56,673 nucleotides of DNA, from the IMG/VR virus record IMGVR_UViG_3300020050_012089. The stretch is one strand, 5' to 3'. Origin of the DNA: a virus. A program made the position numbers and the translations under genes. The notes beneath the pieces were generated by a model. It had not been told where the DNA came from and did not search any database. It saw nothing but the letters and a program-made list of their open reading frames with translations. Below, one piece after another: positions 1-9,115 of the stretch (within the stretch, counting starts at the first letter, position 1; every line of letters begins with the position of its first letter).

Positions 1-121
1 GGAGCAACTCCATACTTTGATGACTTTTGTAACCGCTTAGGCCCCATTGGAAGCGACCTATTTAAAGCATGGTGCTGGTCTATCTTTGAACCTGGAAACA
101 ATTGTAGGCAAATGATGTGGA
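1..121. repeat. Terminal direct repeat, copy 1 of 2 (identical to 56553..56673); overlap from a circular or circularly permuted assembly
   Basis: First 121 nt (ggagcaactccatac...caaatgatgtgga) recur exactly as the last 121 nt. The repeat lies inside an open reading frame. Confidence 0.9.
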
Positions 122-927
122 TACAAGGTGCTGGTCAAGATGGAAAGTCTACGGTATTTAATTGCTTATCTGCTTTTATTGGAGACCAACATTGCGCCTC
201 CCTCAGTGAAAGTGAATTTAATAATAGTTTCTTCTTTAATGACATATATGGTCGCATCTTAGCTATATATGGAGACTGCCACACTACAAACATCTTTGAA
301 AATGAAAAGTTGAAAAACATTACAGGTAATGATATGGTAACTATTAACGGTAAGTATGCGCCCACGTTTAAAGCTAATGTGTATTCAAAGGTGCTTATTG
401 GGTCCAACCAATTTCCTCAAGTTGCTTGGCATATGGATTATCAGTCTTCCCGTATTATTGTGCTTCAAATTACAAAGCCTAAAGGCCGCATGGGTGATAG
501 TAGTGTACAAGCTAAAATGATTAAAGAGACTCCAGCTTTTCTTAAAAAGTGCCGCGAAATTTATCCAAAATATTTTCCTACTCACTCAGACTTAGATGTG
601 CCAGAAGAATACCAGAAATTTATGCACGATACTTATATATCAAACGAAATGGCAGTTATACGTGAGTTTTGTGCAGAGCACATTGAGCTAGGCGAAAGTT
701 TTAGTGTACCGCGCTTACAAGTCTCAAGCTTGCTTAAAAATGAATTTAGAAATAAGTCAGTAAGAGTGCCCAAAGATGTAGACGATATGTTTCAAAAGTA
801 TGTAAGACACTTGTCAAAGTATATTCAAGGTCCAGTATTAGTACCAAAAGGTAACGGAGACACAATCGGCTTTAAAGGTTTTAGGCTTAAGGACCCACCA
901 AATGAGTTTACGAAAGGAAAGAAGTAA
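1..927 (+). CDS. SF3 (D5/P4-type) primase-associated helicase/NTPase, 3' part of a gene that starts at 55935 and crosses the assembly junction
   Basis: Frame 1 is open from nt 1 and in phase with the ORF from 55935. Walker A GAGQDGKST, Walker B-like ILAIYGD, SF3 motif C VLIGSNQ. Confidence 0.75.
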   Translation, partial: GATPYFDDFCNRLGPIGSDLFKAWCWSIFEPGNNCRQMMWIQGAGQDGKSTVFNCLSAFIGDQHCASLSESEFNNSFFFNDIYGRILAIYGDCHTTNIFENEKLKNITGNDMVTINGKYAPTFKANVYSKVLIGSNQFPQVAWHMDYQSSRIIVLQITKPKGRMGDSSVQAKMIKETPAFLKKCREIYPKYFPTHSDLDVPEEYQKFMHDTYISNEMAVIREFCAEHIELGESFSVPRLQVSSLLKNEFRNKSVRVPKDVDDMFQKYVRHLSKYIQGPVLVPKGNGDTIGFKGFRLKDPPNEFTKGKK

Positions 928-928
928 T

Positions 929-1261
929 ATGAGAAAAATAAGAAGCGCATCTTATAATGACCCAAAAGAATATACAGAAAAATGCTTAGATGGGACTACA
1001 AAATGGGTAATGGAATTCTCATGTAATACTTACGATTATGCTACAAGAGAAGCTCAAGCTTGTGTGGATTGCATTGAGAGAGAAGGAAATGTGTTTTTAG
1101 AATTTGTAGTATTTGAAACTATAAACTGGACTCAACATAGACGAGCTAAGGCTGATAGAAAAAAGCTTTGTTTTCAAATTATTACTTACTATAGAAAATT
1201 AAAAGAAAATGAAGTAATTCGTCCTTTAAATGTTGTGGCAGCTTTCCCTAAACAATGGTAA
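929..1261 (+). CDS. hypothetical protein (Cys-rich)
   Basis: ORF; ATG 929 follows the upstream stop by 1 nt with purine-rich AAAGGAAAGAAG upstream. The track start at 902 overlaps the helicase gene. Confidence 0.5.
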   Translation: MRKIRSASYNDPKEYTEKCLDGTTKWVMEFSCNTYDYATREAQACVDCIEREGNVFLEFVVFETINWTQHRRAKADRKKLCFQIITYYRKLKENEVIRPLNVVAAFPKQW

Positions 1262-1276
1262 TATAGGAGCTTAAAC

Positions 1277-1684
1277 ATGAGCACAAATAGCAAACCAAAT
1301 TGGGTTAAAGGTACAGTTTTAATGTATGTTCCAAATCCGGGAGTAAATAATATAATATTTGAGGAGTTTAGCGGTAGTTCTAAAGATATATTCTATTGTA
1401 GTGAAGGAGCAGCTCGATTCATTAGTCAGTGGACAGAAGTTTCTGTCACCCCTGCAGCCACTGCATATGGAACTAACCCTTTAAAAGAACTAGTCGAACT
1501 TTACCAGCAACACAAGCATGCAATGCTATATGGAAAGTCTAGCATGAAAATTTCATATGACCACCTTGATAAAGTTTCTGTAAATAAAACTGATGCTCAC
1601 TCATGCAGTAACCACTTACAAAGCTACACAGGCTTTATAGAAAGCTACAAATTCTGCTCTGTGTGTGATAAGAAGTATAGGTAA
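1277..1684 (+). CDS. hypothetical protein
   Basis: 135-aa ORF preceded by an AGGAG SD; C-terminal Cys/His cluster (CSNH...CSVC). Confidence 0.5.
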   Translation: MSTNSKPNWVKGTVLMYVPNPGVNNIIFEEFSGSSKDIFYCSEGAARFISQWTEVSVTPAATAYGTNPLKELVELYQQHKHAMLYGKSSMKISYDHLDKVSVNKTDAHSCSNHLQSYTGFIESYKFCSVCDKKYR

Positions 1685-1739
1685 CTGTTAGCCCAATTAA
1701 ATTTTATGCGATTTAAAAGCCACTATAAAGGATATAAAA

Positions 1740-1943
1740 ATGAACAAGTTTGCATTTTACTTAACTGACACAAATAGTATAATATTAATAAATCCCATAA
1801 ACTATATTGATGATTCAGATGTTATTGGAGATAAAGTCGCTGTTAGGAGATATTCAAAATACGAATACATTTGTAGTTTTAAAGCAATAGACAAATTAGT
1901 AAAAAGTAAAAATAAATATTTTATGTACTTAGGAGAGTTATAG
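1740..1943 (+). CDS. hypothetical protein; possible paralog of 45828..46004
   Basis: 67-aa ORF with AAGGA SD. Shares N-terminal KFAFY and C-terminal YLGEL with the minus-arm ORF. Confidence 0.5.
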   Translation: MNKFAFYLTDTNSIILINPINYIDDSDVIGDKVAVRRYSKYEYICSFKAIDKLVKSKNKYFMYLGEL

Positions 1944-1944
1944 C

Positions 1945-2172
1945 ATGAAAAGAAGTGAAATGATTGGAAATATAGAAGAAGTATTATATAATGCTATTGA
2001 TAGCTATGGGCGCATAAATAAAGATAATATTGATAAAGTTGCAGACCAGCTTTTGATTTATATAGAACGAAAAGGAATGCTGCCCCCAATCTCAGAACAC
2101 ACATCAGAAGAAACCACGCCTTTTGGTTCAACTTATTATGATATACCAGAATGGGAGAATGAAAATGATTAA
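1945..2172 (+). CDS. hypothetical protein; paralog of 50059..50271
   Basis: 75-aa ORF. Shares MKRSEM start, GMLPP core and (D/Y)I(P/N)EWE(N/D)E tail with the 70-aa minus-arm ORF. Confidence 0.55.
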   Translation: MKRSEMIGNIEEVLYNAIDSYGRINKDNIDKVADQLLIYIERKGMLPPISEHTSEETTPFGSTYYDIPEWENEND

Positions 2173-2289
2173 AGGAATTAAGTTTAAATTATTTGTAGCA
2201 TTTCTATTAGGAATGGTAGCTAAGGATTTTCTTGTTAAATTATCTTGGATAGCAATAATGTGTATATTAATGTTGTTAGGAGCTGGAAA

Positions 2290-3123
2290 ATGAATAAACC
2301 TCTTTCCGATTTTCTCAACGTGCTTTTCGAGCAGGACGAGTTGACGTGCTATACCGACAGCCCCACAGGCTACCGTGTATATGCAGAGCCCGTACCCGGC
2401 GATTGCTTCTTCAGCATCAATGCACTGCACCCCAACAAGGACCTTAAGCCTGAGCAGTCGTGGCACCGTTCAAACTTACCACGTAGAGCAGACCATAATG
2501 TAATTAGTTTCCGAAACTTGCTTATAGAGCTAGATAATATGCCCCTACAGGACCAAGTAGAGTATGTTACCTCTAAGGTACCTGTATCCGCTATTACGTA
2601 CAGCGGTGGAAAGTCTATGCACTTCATTATATCTCTAGAAGAGCCAGTAGATAAAGAACAGTATAAGAAACTATTTTTGCGACTTAGCCTTCTGCTACCA
2701 GAATTAGACCGCAGCTGCAAAAATCCCTCACGCCTTTCCCGCCTTCCAACTGCTACCAGACCAGACACTGGAAAAGAACAAACTTTAGTACAGTTGGGTA
2801 CACGTATTGCTTTACAAAGATTAGACAGTATGTTACCTTTATTAAATGAGAAGCAGGAGAGAAAATTGAATTCGAGCAATCAAGAGAGGGATAGGAATTT
2901 AATTTCTGCTGATGCGCATGAAGCAATTCATAAACCTAATGAAGTTATGCAAGACAGAAATTTTGGTCGTAATGGACTATTTTACTTCTTAGGCCAACGT
3001 CTTAAGGAATTAGAACTAAGTGAAGATACTAAGTACACTTTAGTAGATACTGCATACGCAAACTTAACAAGCACAGAAGGCTTTCCAATTGAAGAAGCTT
3101 ACGCCGCAGCAAGGTTAAAATAA
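2290..3123 (+). CDS. putative archaeo-eukaryotic-type (AEP) primase
   Basis: AGGAG SD before ATG 2290. Motif I-like LLIELD, motif II-like SGGKSMHFI, motif III-like LDRSCKNPSRLSRLP. Sits in the replication module with the SF3 helicase. Confidence 0.5.
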   Translation: MNKPLSDFLNVLFEQDELTCYTDSPTGYRVYAEPVPGDCFFSINALHPNKDLKPEQSWHRSNLPRRADHNVISFRNLLIELDNMPLQDQVEYVTSKVPVSAITYSGGKSMHFIISLEEPVDKEQYKKLFLRLSLLLPELDRSCKNPSRLSRLPTATRPDTGKEQTLVQLGTRIALQRLDSMLPLLNEKQERKLNSSNQERDRNLISADAHEAIHKPNEVMQDRNFGRNGLFYFLGQRLKELELSEDTKYTLVDTAYANLTSTEGFPIEEAYAAARLK

Positions 3124-3135
3124 GGGAACCTAAAC

Positions 3136-3285
3136 ATGGACAAAGTTAAAGTTCAATGGCAAACAGCAGAGATGCTAGTGTCTCTAAAAGAAGATAAGGA
3201 AGTAGTACGAATTCTTTCTACCCTGCTTAAGTTTGCCCTACTCGGATATAATTATAAAAAATTAAATCATTACTTAAATTTTTAA
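3136..3285 (+). CDS. small hypothetical protein (49 aa)
   Basis: Short ORF filling the gap between flanking genes; below the track threshold; no family recognised. Confidence 0.3.
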   Translation: MDKVKVQWQTAEMLVSLKEDKEVVRILSTLLKFALLGYNYKKLNHYLNF

Positions 3286-3296
3286 AGGGGAATAAA

Positions 3297-3602
3297 ATGG
3301 AATATATCTCAAAAGCAGAACGTAAAGAGTTAAGCAACCTATCTCAAGAGCTTCTAGGCACAAGAAGTGCGTGGCAGAAAATATTAAAAGAAGGCATCTT
3401 GCAACCGTTTAATGAGCCTGGCACACCTGCTAGAAAAGTACAGTATATGTCCCTACCAGAGATTAAAGCTTACCTGCTAAAACTTAAAGAAGAGTTTGAG
3501 GTCTACAAATTGAAGATGGCAGAAGAAGCTAAGGTTAAGGCTACCGAACTTGCGACTCAGGCTGAAGCTACCGTTACGCAACCACAAACAGAAAGCGTTT
3601 AA
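3297..3602 (+). CDS. hypothetical protein
   Basis: 101-aa ORF with AAAGGGGA SD; charged C-terminal half that looks coiled-coil. Confidence 0.5.
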   Translation: MEYISKAERKELSNLSQELLGTRSAWQKILKEGILQPFNEPGTPARKVQYMSLPEIKAYLLKLKEEFEVYKLKMAEEAKVKATELATQAEATVTQPQTESV

Positions 3603-3604
3603 AG

Positions 3605-4408
3605 ATGAAATTAAATTTAGGTGTAAACAATGTTTCCAATGCAAATTATCATGAAGACGTTGAATTTTTATCTTCATCCGATTACAAACTGCTTTTGAAA
3701 GACCCAGCGGTATTTTATCAAAAAAAGTATGGCAGTACCGAAGCTCAAGCAGAGCAAGAACATTTTAACCTAGGTTCGTATGTGCATAGCCTGCTACTCG
3801 AAGGACACATTACAGACTCAGAGTTTTGTGTATATCCTGGGCTTGTAAAACGTGGCAAAGAGTACGATGTATTTAAACTGCAAAATCCTGACAAAACTAT
3901 ATTGAACAAAGGCCAGCACGAATCTGCTATGCGTATGATGCGAGGTTTTAAAGCAAGGCCGGAAGCTGTGCAGCTCCTAAAAGGCACACTTTCTGAACAC
4001 ACTGTGTGCGTAGACTTTAACGGCATCCCTACTAAAGTTCGTGCCGATGCAATTAATGTAGAAGCAGGATATATTGTAGATGTAAAAACTACAGCATTTG
4101 AAGCAGACAGAGATAACTTTGTCACTACTTGCCAGCAGTGGGACTACCCATTGAGCGCTGCCCTGTACACTACAGTTATGGAACAATTTTACGGAAAACC
4201 ATTTATATTCTACTGGTTAGTTTTAAGTAAGAAAGACGGCACATGTGAGCTTTACAAAATGTCTCAAGATACAAGAGACAAGGGAGACCGCAATATTACT
4301 AAAGCTGCAAAAATATATAAGCAATGCCTTGCAACTGGGCTCTGGACAAGCGCAGAAAAACCTGTTATAGTTTTAAATGAATCTTCATATGAAATCCTTG
4401 AGGTATAA
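3605..4408 (+). CDS. PD-(D/E)XK exonuclease, exodeoxyribonuclease VIII-like (DUF3799-type)
   Basis: N-terminal NYHEDVEFLSSSDYKLL, GSYVHSLLLEG, and a D-x-K core in YIVDVKTT, as in the phage exonuclease VIII-like family. Confidence 0.65.
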   Translation: MKLNLGVNNVSNANYHEDVEFLSSSDYKLLLKDPAVFYQKKYGSTEAQAEQEHFNLGSYVHSLLLEGHITDSEFCVYPGLVKRGKEYDVFKLQNPDKTILNKGQHESAMRMMRGFKARPEAVQLLKGTLSEHTVCVDFNGIPTKVRADAINVEAGYIVDVKTTAFEADRDNFVTTCQQWDYPLSAALYTTVMEQFYGKPFIFYWLVLSKKDGTCELYKMSQDTRDKGDRNITKAAKIYKQCLATGLWTSAEKPVIVLNESSYEILEV

Positions 4409-4410
4409 AC

Positions 4411-4956
4411 ATGATTAAACGTTGCAAAACTTGCTCTAGCACTATAGATTCTGGTATCTCTTGTGATGCTTGCACGCCCCCACCAAGTTATATAAAAGCT
4501 GCTTATAAACCAAATACAAGTAACTCCAACATGGATAAAGTTGTAGAAGCTTTAACTAAAGATTTGGAGCGTATATGCACAAAAACCAGAGATATGACAT
4601 TGCCCATTGATTCTCAAGAGAGAAAAAATTATCCTCTCCTATCTGGGTGCTTAAACTACTTCCCAGCAGCCCTTGCTGGAGTTGCTAATATAAGTAAAAA
4701 GGGTAATGATAAGCATAATCCTGGTCAGGAGCTACATCACGCACGCGGGAAAAGTATGGACCATCCTGACTGTATAGTTAGACATTTAATGGATGTACAA
4801 GATTTATTAGCTCAAGATAATCGCAGCGCCTTAACTCCTAAAGGAATTGGACAACTGCTTGAGGAAGTCTCTAGCCTTGCGTGGCGTGCTTTAGCTTACT
4901 CACAAGAATTACACGAACAATTTGGTGCACCACTAGCACCTGGAGCAAAAAAATGA
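4411..4956 (+). CDS. DUF5664-like protein (dATP/dGTP diphosphohydrolase N-terminal-like) with N-terminal Cys4 cluster
   Basis: CKTC...CDAC, then FPAALAGVANISKKGNDKHNPG...DCIVRHLMD. From memory this resembles the DUF5664 phage family; not verified. Confidence 0.4.
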   Translation: MIKRCKTCSSTIDSGISCDACTPPPSYIKAAYKPNTSNSNMDKVVEALTKDLERICTKTRDMTLPIDSQERKNYPLLSGCLNYFPAALAGVANISKKGNDKHNPGQELHHARGKSMDHPDCIVRHLMDVQDLLAQDNRSALTPKGIGQLLEEVSSLAWRALAYSQELHEQFGAPLAPGAKK

Positions 4957-5150
4957 ACAACAAAAACTTAGATTTAATTTTAAAAGCAGCAGACAAGTTA
5001 GCTAAAGCTGCAGATAGAAGCTTAAAAAACGATGCACTAGACAATAGTCGCATTTTAGTTGCTTTATTTGAGTATAACTTGACTAAGAAGCAAGTAAAAG
5101 ATAGTATGGAACTTGAATTGAAACAATTTAATGAATATTATAAACAATAA
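4953..5150 (+). CDS. hypothetical protein (65 aa)
   Basis: ATG 4953 overlaps the upstream TGA (ATGA coupling). The track start at 4881 lies inside the upstream gene. Confidence 0.45.
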   Translation: MNNKNLDLILKAADKLAKAADRSLKNDALDNSRILVALFEYNLTKKQVKDSMELELKQFNEYYKQ

Positions 5151-5163
5151 AAGGAGAATAAAA

Positions 5164-5541
5164 ATGTCAGAACAAGCACAACGCACATTCGTATCAGTTA
5201 ATGGAAAATCCCTTGACGGAGAAAAAGCAAACATTAAGTTTGTAAGTGCTTCTAGATTAAATAAAGAAGGTATTTCTAATGCTGTAGTAGCAGAAGGAAT
5301 TTATGAATCTTCTCAAGTTGTAGAAGGTACTTATGGACCTAAAACAGAATATAAACTTTCTACTTCAGATGGTACTACAATTATCATTGGAGAAGCTGGT
5401 AACCTAAAATCACAAATGTCTAAAGTAGAAACTGGTTCTTACTTACAAATTACTTATATTGGTAAAGAAGCTATGGCTTCAGGCCCAAGAAAAGGTACTT
5501 TAGCACACAAGTTTCTTGTAGGCGTAGCTACAGACGAATAG
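5164..5541 (+). CDS. hypothetical protein; a single-stranded DNA-binding role is only a guess from position
   Basis: Strong AAGGAG SD 8 nt before ATG 5164; 125 aa; immediately upstream of the DNA polymerase; followed by hairpin TGGCC-N8-GGCCA. Confidence 0.5.
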   Translation: MSEQAQRTFVSVNGKSLDGEKANIKFVSASRLNKEGISNAVVAEGIYESSQVVEGTYGPKTEYKLSTSDGTTIIIGEAGNLKSQMSKVETGSYLQITYIGKEAMASGPRKGTLAHKFLVGVATDE

Positions 5542-5656
5542 TTTTTTATGGCCTATGGAAGGGCCAAATCTTAATCTTAAATATAGCGCAGCATGTACGA
5601 CACAAGAGTTGGGGGGCTTAAAATGTCCCCTTCTCATTTACTCGGGGGAGTTCTAA

Positions 5657-7864
5657 GTGCTAATTAGAGACGCATTAAGCTTACATTTAGTTCAAGACTT
5701 TATCAACAGTAATGATAAGCTATCCTACGACTTAGAAACTACTGGCCTAAACCCACGTCAAAATCTAATCATGGGTATTGCAATTACTAATGCAGATTCA
5801 GGCTACTATATTGTACTTCGAGAGTTTATTAACGGTGAGCTTGTAATCCGAATTTCCGACTCCGACATCTTACCAGTGCTTTCTTCACTACATTCCAAAA
5901 AATTATTCATGTGGAACGCTTCATTTGACTGCAGATTCACTCAATCACAGTTGAACGTTGACCTAACAACTGCTTTGTATGCCGATGGTATGTTAGCTAA
6001 GCATACTGTAATAGAAGACGCATATTCATATGCACTTAAAACTACTGCAGCAGAGTTATATGGCGATGATGCAACTACAGAACAAAAGCTAATGAAAGAG
6101 TCCATTAAGGCTAATGGAGGCTCTCCTACTGAATTCTACAAAGCAGATACAGAGATTCTCGGTAAATACGCTATCCAAGACGGTATTTTAACATATAAAA
6201 TTACAGAACACTACCTAGCACAAATTGAATTAGAAGGGTTAACCAAATTCTTTTTCGACGACGAGGTTATGCCACTATACAAGCACGTTACAATTCCTAT
6301 GGAAGCCAACGGTATTCCATTAGATTTAGAAAAAATGCAAGCAGCGAAGAAAGAAATTCGTAAAGACATTACAAACTTAGAACTTAAGGTTCAGGAGCTA
6401 ATCAAGCCCCACTGCTCCCTATTTGAAAAGTGGTATCTCAATTATCACTTTCCAGTTAAAACTACAGGTCCCTTTATTCAAGCATTAGCAGAGATTATGG
6501 ACTGTAAACTACCTAAACTTGCGACTGGAAAATTTAGTTTCGCTGCAAAACATGTTGCTGCACTTCCAGATACGGACGTGATTAAGCGCTTCTTAGGTGG
6601 CTATAGATTGCAAGACTCTACAGTTTCTGCTGTGTGTCAAAAGTTGCAAGGTTCTGAGCCTATGCTTAATTTAAGCAGCAAGCATCATTTGAAAAAAATC
6701 TTCTTCGACACTTTAAACTTGGAACCAGTAAGTAGAACAGACAAAGGTAACCCACAAGCCGATGAAAAGTTCCTAGAAAGTATTAAAGACCAATTTGATT
6801 TTGTTGCACCACTAATTGAGTTTAACAAATTAAGTAAAATTGAAGGTACGTACATAGACAGGTTTTTAGAAGCACAAGAAAATGGTATGTTTTATCCATC
6901 ATTCTTCCAACACCGCACTACTTCAGGACGCTACGGGTCTGACCTGCAGCAGCTGCCACGTCCTTTAGAACTTGAAGATGAGCCAAGTGCACTAGTAAGA
7001 TACCATAACAATAAGGTGCGCGAGTTTTTTATTGCTGGACTAGGACACAAGTTTTTGGATGCAGATTATAACTCACTTGAGGTTGTAGTATTTGCCGATG
7101 ACGCAGGCGATGAGGCTCTACTAGATGTAATTAAGACTGGTAAAGACTTTTATTCTCAAACGGCAATCGAAGTTCATGGACTACAAGCAGACTACAGCGC
7201 CGATAAAAAAGCATCAAACTTCCTAAAAATATTAAAACCAAAATTACGTCAAGATGCAAAAGCTTATGCTCTAGCAATTAGATACGGTTGTGGTTCATGG
7301 AAATTATCTCATACCTTAAACATAAGCCAAAATGAAGCAGAAGCAATTATAAGAAAGTACTTTACAAACTTCCCAGGCCTTAAAAGAGCTATGGACAATT
7401 ATGAAAAGCAAGCAAAAGTAAATGGATTTGTAGTGTCTAAAGCAGGTCGTAAACGCCACTTAGGACGCGTTAAGGAATTATACGACAAGTATAGTGATGA
7501 CCTAGCCGATAGTCTAGAGTTATGGAAGAAGTATCACGAAGTACCTTCACAGTATGCTAGAATGAAGGAATTAAGACGCGAATATAATAACCTAATCAAC
7601 AATGCTTTAAACTTTCCTATTCAATCTTTTGCTACCTCAATTGTGAATCAAAGTGCAATTAGACTTGCTAAGTATATAAAGGAAAATAAGCTTAATGCAT
7701 ATATTTGTGCTCAAATCCATGACCAATTAGTTGTGCGTTGTGCGGATAAAGATGTGCCTCGCCTACAACCTAAAATGAAAGAGATTATGGAAAATACATT
7801 TACATTGAAAGCACCATTAACAGCTAATCCGGAAATATCAAACAATTTAAGGGAGGGACATTAA
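5657..7864 (+). CDS. family A DNA polymerase with 3'-5' exonuclease domain
   Basis: Exo I DLETTGL, Exo II NASFDCRF, Exo III YAIQDG. Pol motif A DADYNSLEVVV, motif B RQDAKAYALAIRYG, motif C QIHDQLVV. GTG start with GGGGGAG SD. Confidence 0.95.
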   Translation: MLIRDALSLHLVQDFINSNDKLSYDLETTGLNPRQNLIMGIAITNADSGYYIVLREFINGELVIRISDSDILPVLSSLHSKKLFMWNASFDCRFTQSQLNVDLTTALYADGMLAKHTVIEDAYSYALKTTAAELYGDDATTEQKLMKESIKANGGSPTEFYKADTEILGKYAIQDGILTYKITEHYLAQIELEGLTKFFFDDEVMPLYKHVTIPMEANGIPLDLEKMQAAKKEIRKDITNLELKVQELIKPHCSLFEKWYLNYHFPVKTTGPFIQALAEIMDCKLPKLATGKFSFAAKHVAALPDTDVIKRFLGGYRLQDSTVSAVCQKLQGSEPMLNLSSKHHLKKIFFDTLNLEPVSRTDKGNPQADEKFLESIKDQFDFVAPLIEFNKLSKIEGTYIDRFLEAQENGMFYPSFFQHRTTSGRYGSDLQQLPRPLELEDEPSALVRYHNNKVREFFIAGLGHKFLDADYNSLEVVVFADDAGDEALLDVIKTGKDFYSQTAIEVHGLQADYSADKKASNFLKILKPKLRQDAKAYALAIRYGCGSWKLSHTLNISQNEAEAIIRKYFTNFPGLKRAMDNYEKQAKVNGFVVSKAGRKRHLGRVKELYDKYSDDLADSLELWKKYHEVPSQYARMKELRREYNNLINNALNFPIQSFATSIVNQSAIRLAKYIKENKLNAYICAQIHDQLVVRCADKDVPRLQPKMKEIMENTFTLKAPLTANPEISNNLREGH

Positions 7865-7865
7865 C

Positions 7866-8048
7866 ATGAAAGTACTATTAGCACTTATAATTTCAAACAT
7901 TATAAATTTTTTAAGACAATTTTTACCTAAAGAAATTCCAAAGCTTCCACAAAAAGGTGGAGCAACAAAACTAGCAGAAGCAGTTGCACAAAAAAGAAAA
8001 CCTAGAATTAAAAAATATAAAAATAATAATAAAAGAAGTAGAAGGTGA
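7866..8048 (+). CDS. small membrane-anchored basic protein
   Basis: 60-aa ORF; hydrophobic N-terminus and Lys/Arg-rich tail. Confidence 0.4.
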   Translation: MKVLLALIISNIINFLRQFLPKEIPKLPQKGGATKLAEAVAQKRKPRIKKYKNNNKRSRR

Positions 8049-8332
8049 TTCTAAGTTTTGTAATTGGAGTTATAACTGGGGCTGGAGTTGTATCTAGTTC
8101 GGTAAATAGAACTATTGCGGTGGCAGAGGGAAATGCCAATGTAGCACTTTCTAGCTCTATTTTAAATTCAATTACATATGGAGCCTCAATTTACTTTATA
8201 GCAAAAAGTGATTGGATTGGTTATGCAGGGTCTATGTTAGGGTCAACTATAGTATGTGTATACATGGCAAAAAATAAAGATAAAAGTAATCGGGGGATTG
8301 CAAATGGGAATAAAGAAGGAACAACCACATGA
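8045..8332 (+). CDS. small membrane protein
   Basis: GTG start overlapping the upstream stop; two to three predicted hydrophobic helices. Confidence 0.4.
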   Translation: MILSFVIGVITGAGVVSSSVNRTIAVAEGNANVALSSSILNSITYGASIYFIAKSDWIGYAGSMLGSTIVCVYMAKNKDKSNRGIANGNKEGTTT

Positions 8333-8762
8333 TTTTCAAAAAAGTTTAAAAGTAGGTCAAAAAGGTGAAGCTGAGTTTATGGAACTATTTAAAGATAAAC
8401 TAACTCGAGAATCAGGCTACCTAGAAGACTTTACTATAAAACGTACTGGAAAAAAGCTTGAGCTTAAAACTGATTCGTATTATAATAGTGGTAACTTCTT
8501 TATTGAAAAATATAGTTATAATAAAGTACCAGGTGGACCTGACCAAGCTTTAAGTAAAAATGTAGATTATTTTGTATTCTTCTTCCCTGCTACTATGTCT
8601 ATCCATTGCTTTAAAACAGCTACATTAGCAGCATACTTAGAGTTAAATTATGAGAAACCATATTTAATTAATGTAAGGAATAAAAGCCACGTTACACAAG
8701 GGTACTTAGTTAAAAGAGCAGATTTAGAACATTTAGAAATTAATATAAAGGATATTTTATGA
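8304..8762 (+). CDS. putative PD-(D/E)XK family nuclease
   Basis: ATG 8304 with GGGGGA SD. EDF...LELKTD resembles the (P)D...(D/E)xK core of small phage endonucleases. Confidence 0.4.
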   Translation: MGIKKEQPHDFQKSLKVGQKGEAEFMELFKDKLTRESGYLEDFTIKRTGKKLELKTDSYYNSGNFFIEKYSYNKVPGGPDQALSKNVDYFVFFFPATMSIHCFKTATLAAYLELNYEKPYLINVRNKSHVTQGYLVKRADLEHLEINIKDIL

Positions 8763-9115
8763 GCAAAAAAAAGTTACTAAAAGTATTTAGAGAGACAGGC
8801 CGAGCACTTAAAAAAGAAAATATAGAGTTAGCATTGGCAGACTTCCGTGTATTCTATGATTTGGTTATCGCTAAATATATTCCAGACCCAAGTAAGTTAC
8901 CAAGCAAGGAACAAGCTGATAAGGCTAATGTGGCTCTATCTAGATTTGAGAGACGCTTAAACCGCAAATATCCTACTGTAGAATATTGGCCGTTTATGTC
9001 AAGTCAATTGCAATTAAAAAAGAAAATCAAAGAAATTGGATTTCCTATTGCTATTGGTATGGAGCAAAACACAGGTGAGCTTGTGTACATGATTTGCGAC
9101 AAGGTTCAGGAATAG
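8759..9115 (+). CDS. hypothetical protein
   Basis: 118-aa ORF, ATGA-coupled to the upstream gene; last gene of the plus arm. Confidence 0.5.
   Translation: MSKKKLLKVFRETGRALKKENIELALADFRVFYDLVIAKYIPDPSKLPSKEQADKANVALSRFERRLNRKYPTVEYWPFMSSQLQLKKKIKEIGFPIAIGMEQNTGELVYMICDKVQE

Noticed and set aside
135-585. Antisense ORFs in the track (135..407, 385..585, and similar ones such as 2128..2466, 2370..2879, 3745..4125, 19792..20247, 31484..31852, 42443..42721)
   Set aside because: They lie fully inside longer ORFs that carry recognisable motifs or a coherent operon context. They lack SD sequences and have odd, low-complexity compositions typical of shadow frames.
7199-7206. Exact GCCGATAA octamer inside the DNA polymerase gene
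   Set aside because: There is no TAAAGTTT-like element 11-12 nt upstream, and the site is intragenic. I treat it as a chance match.
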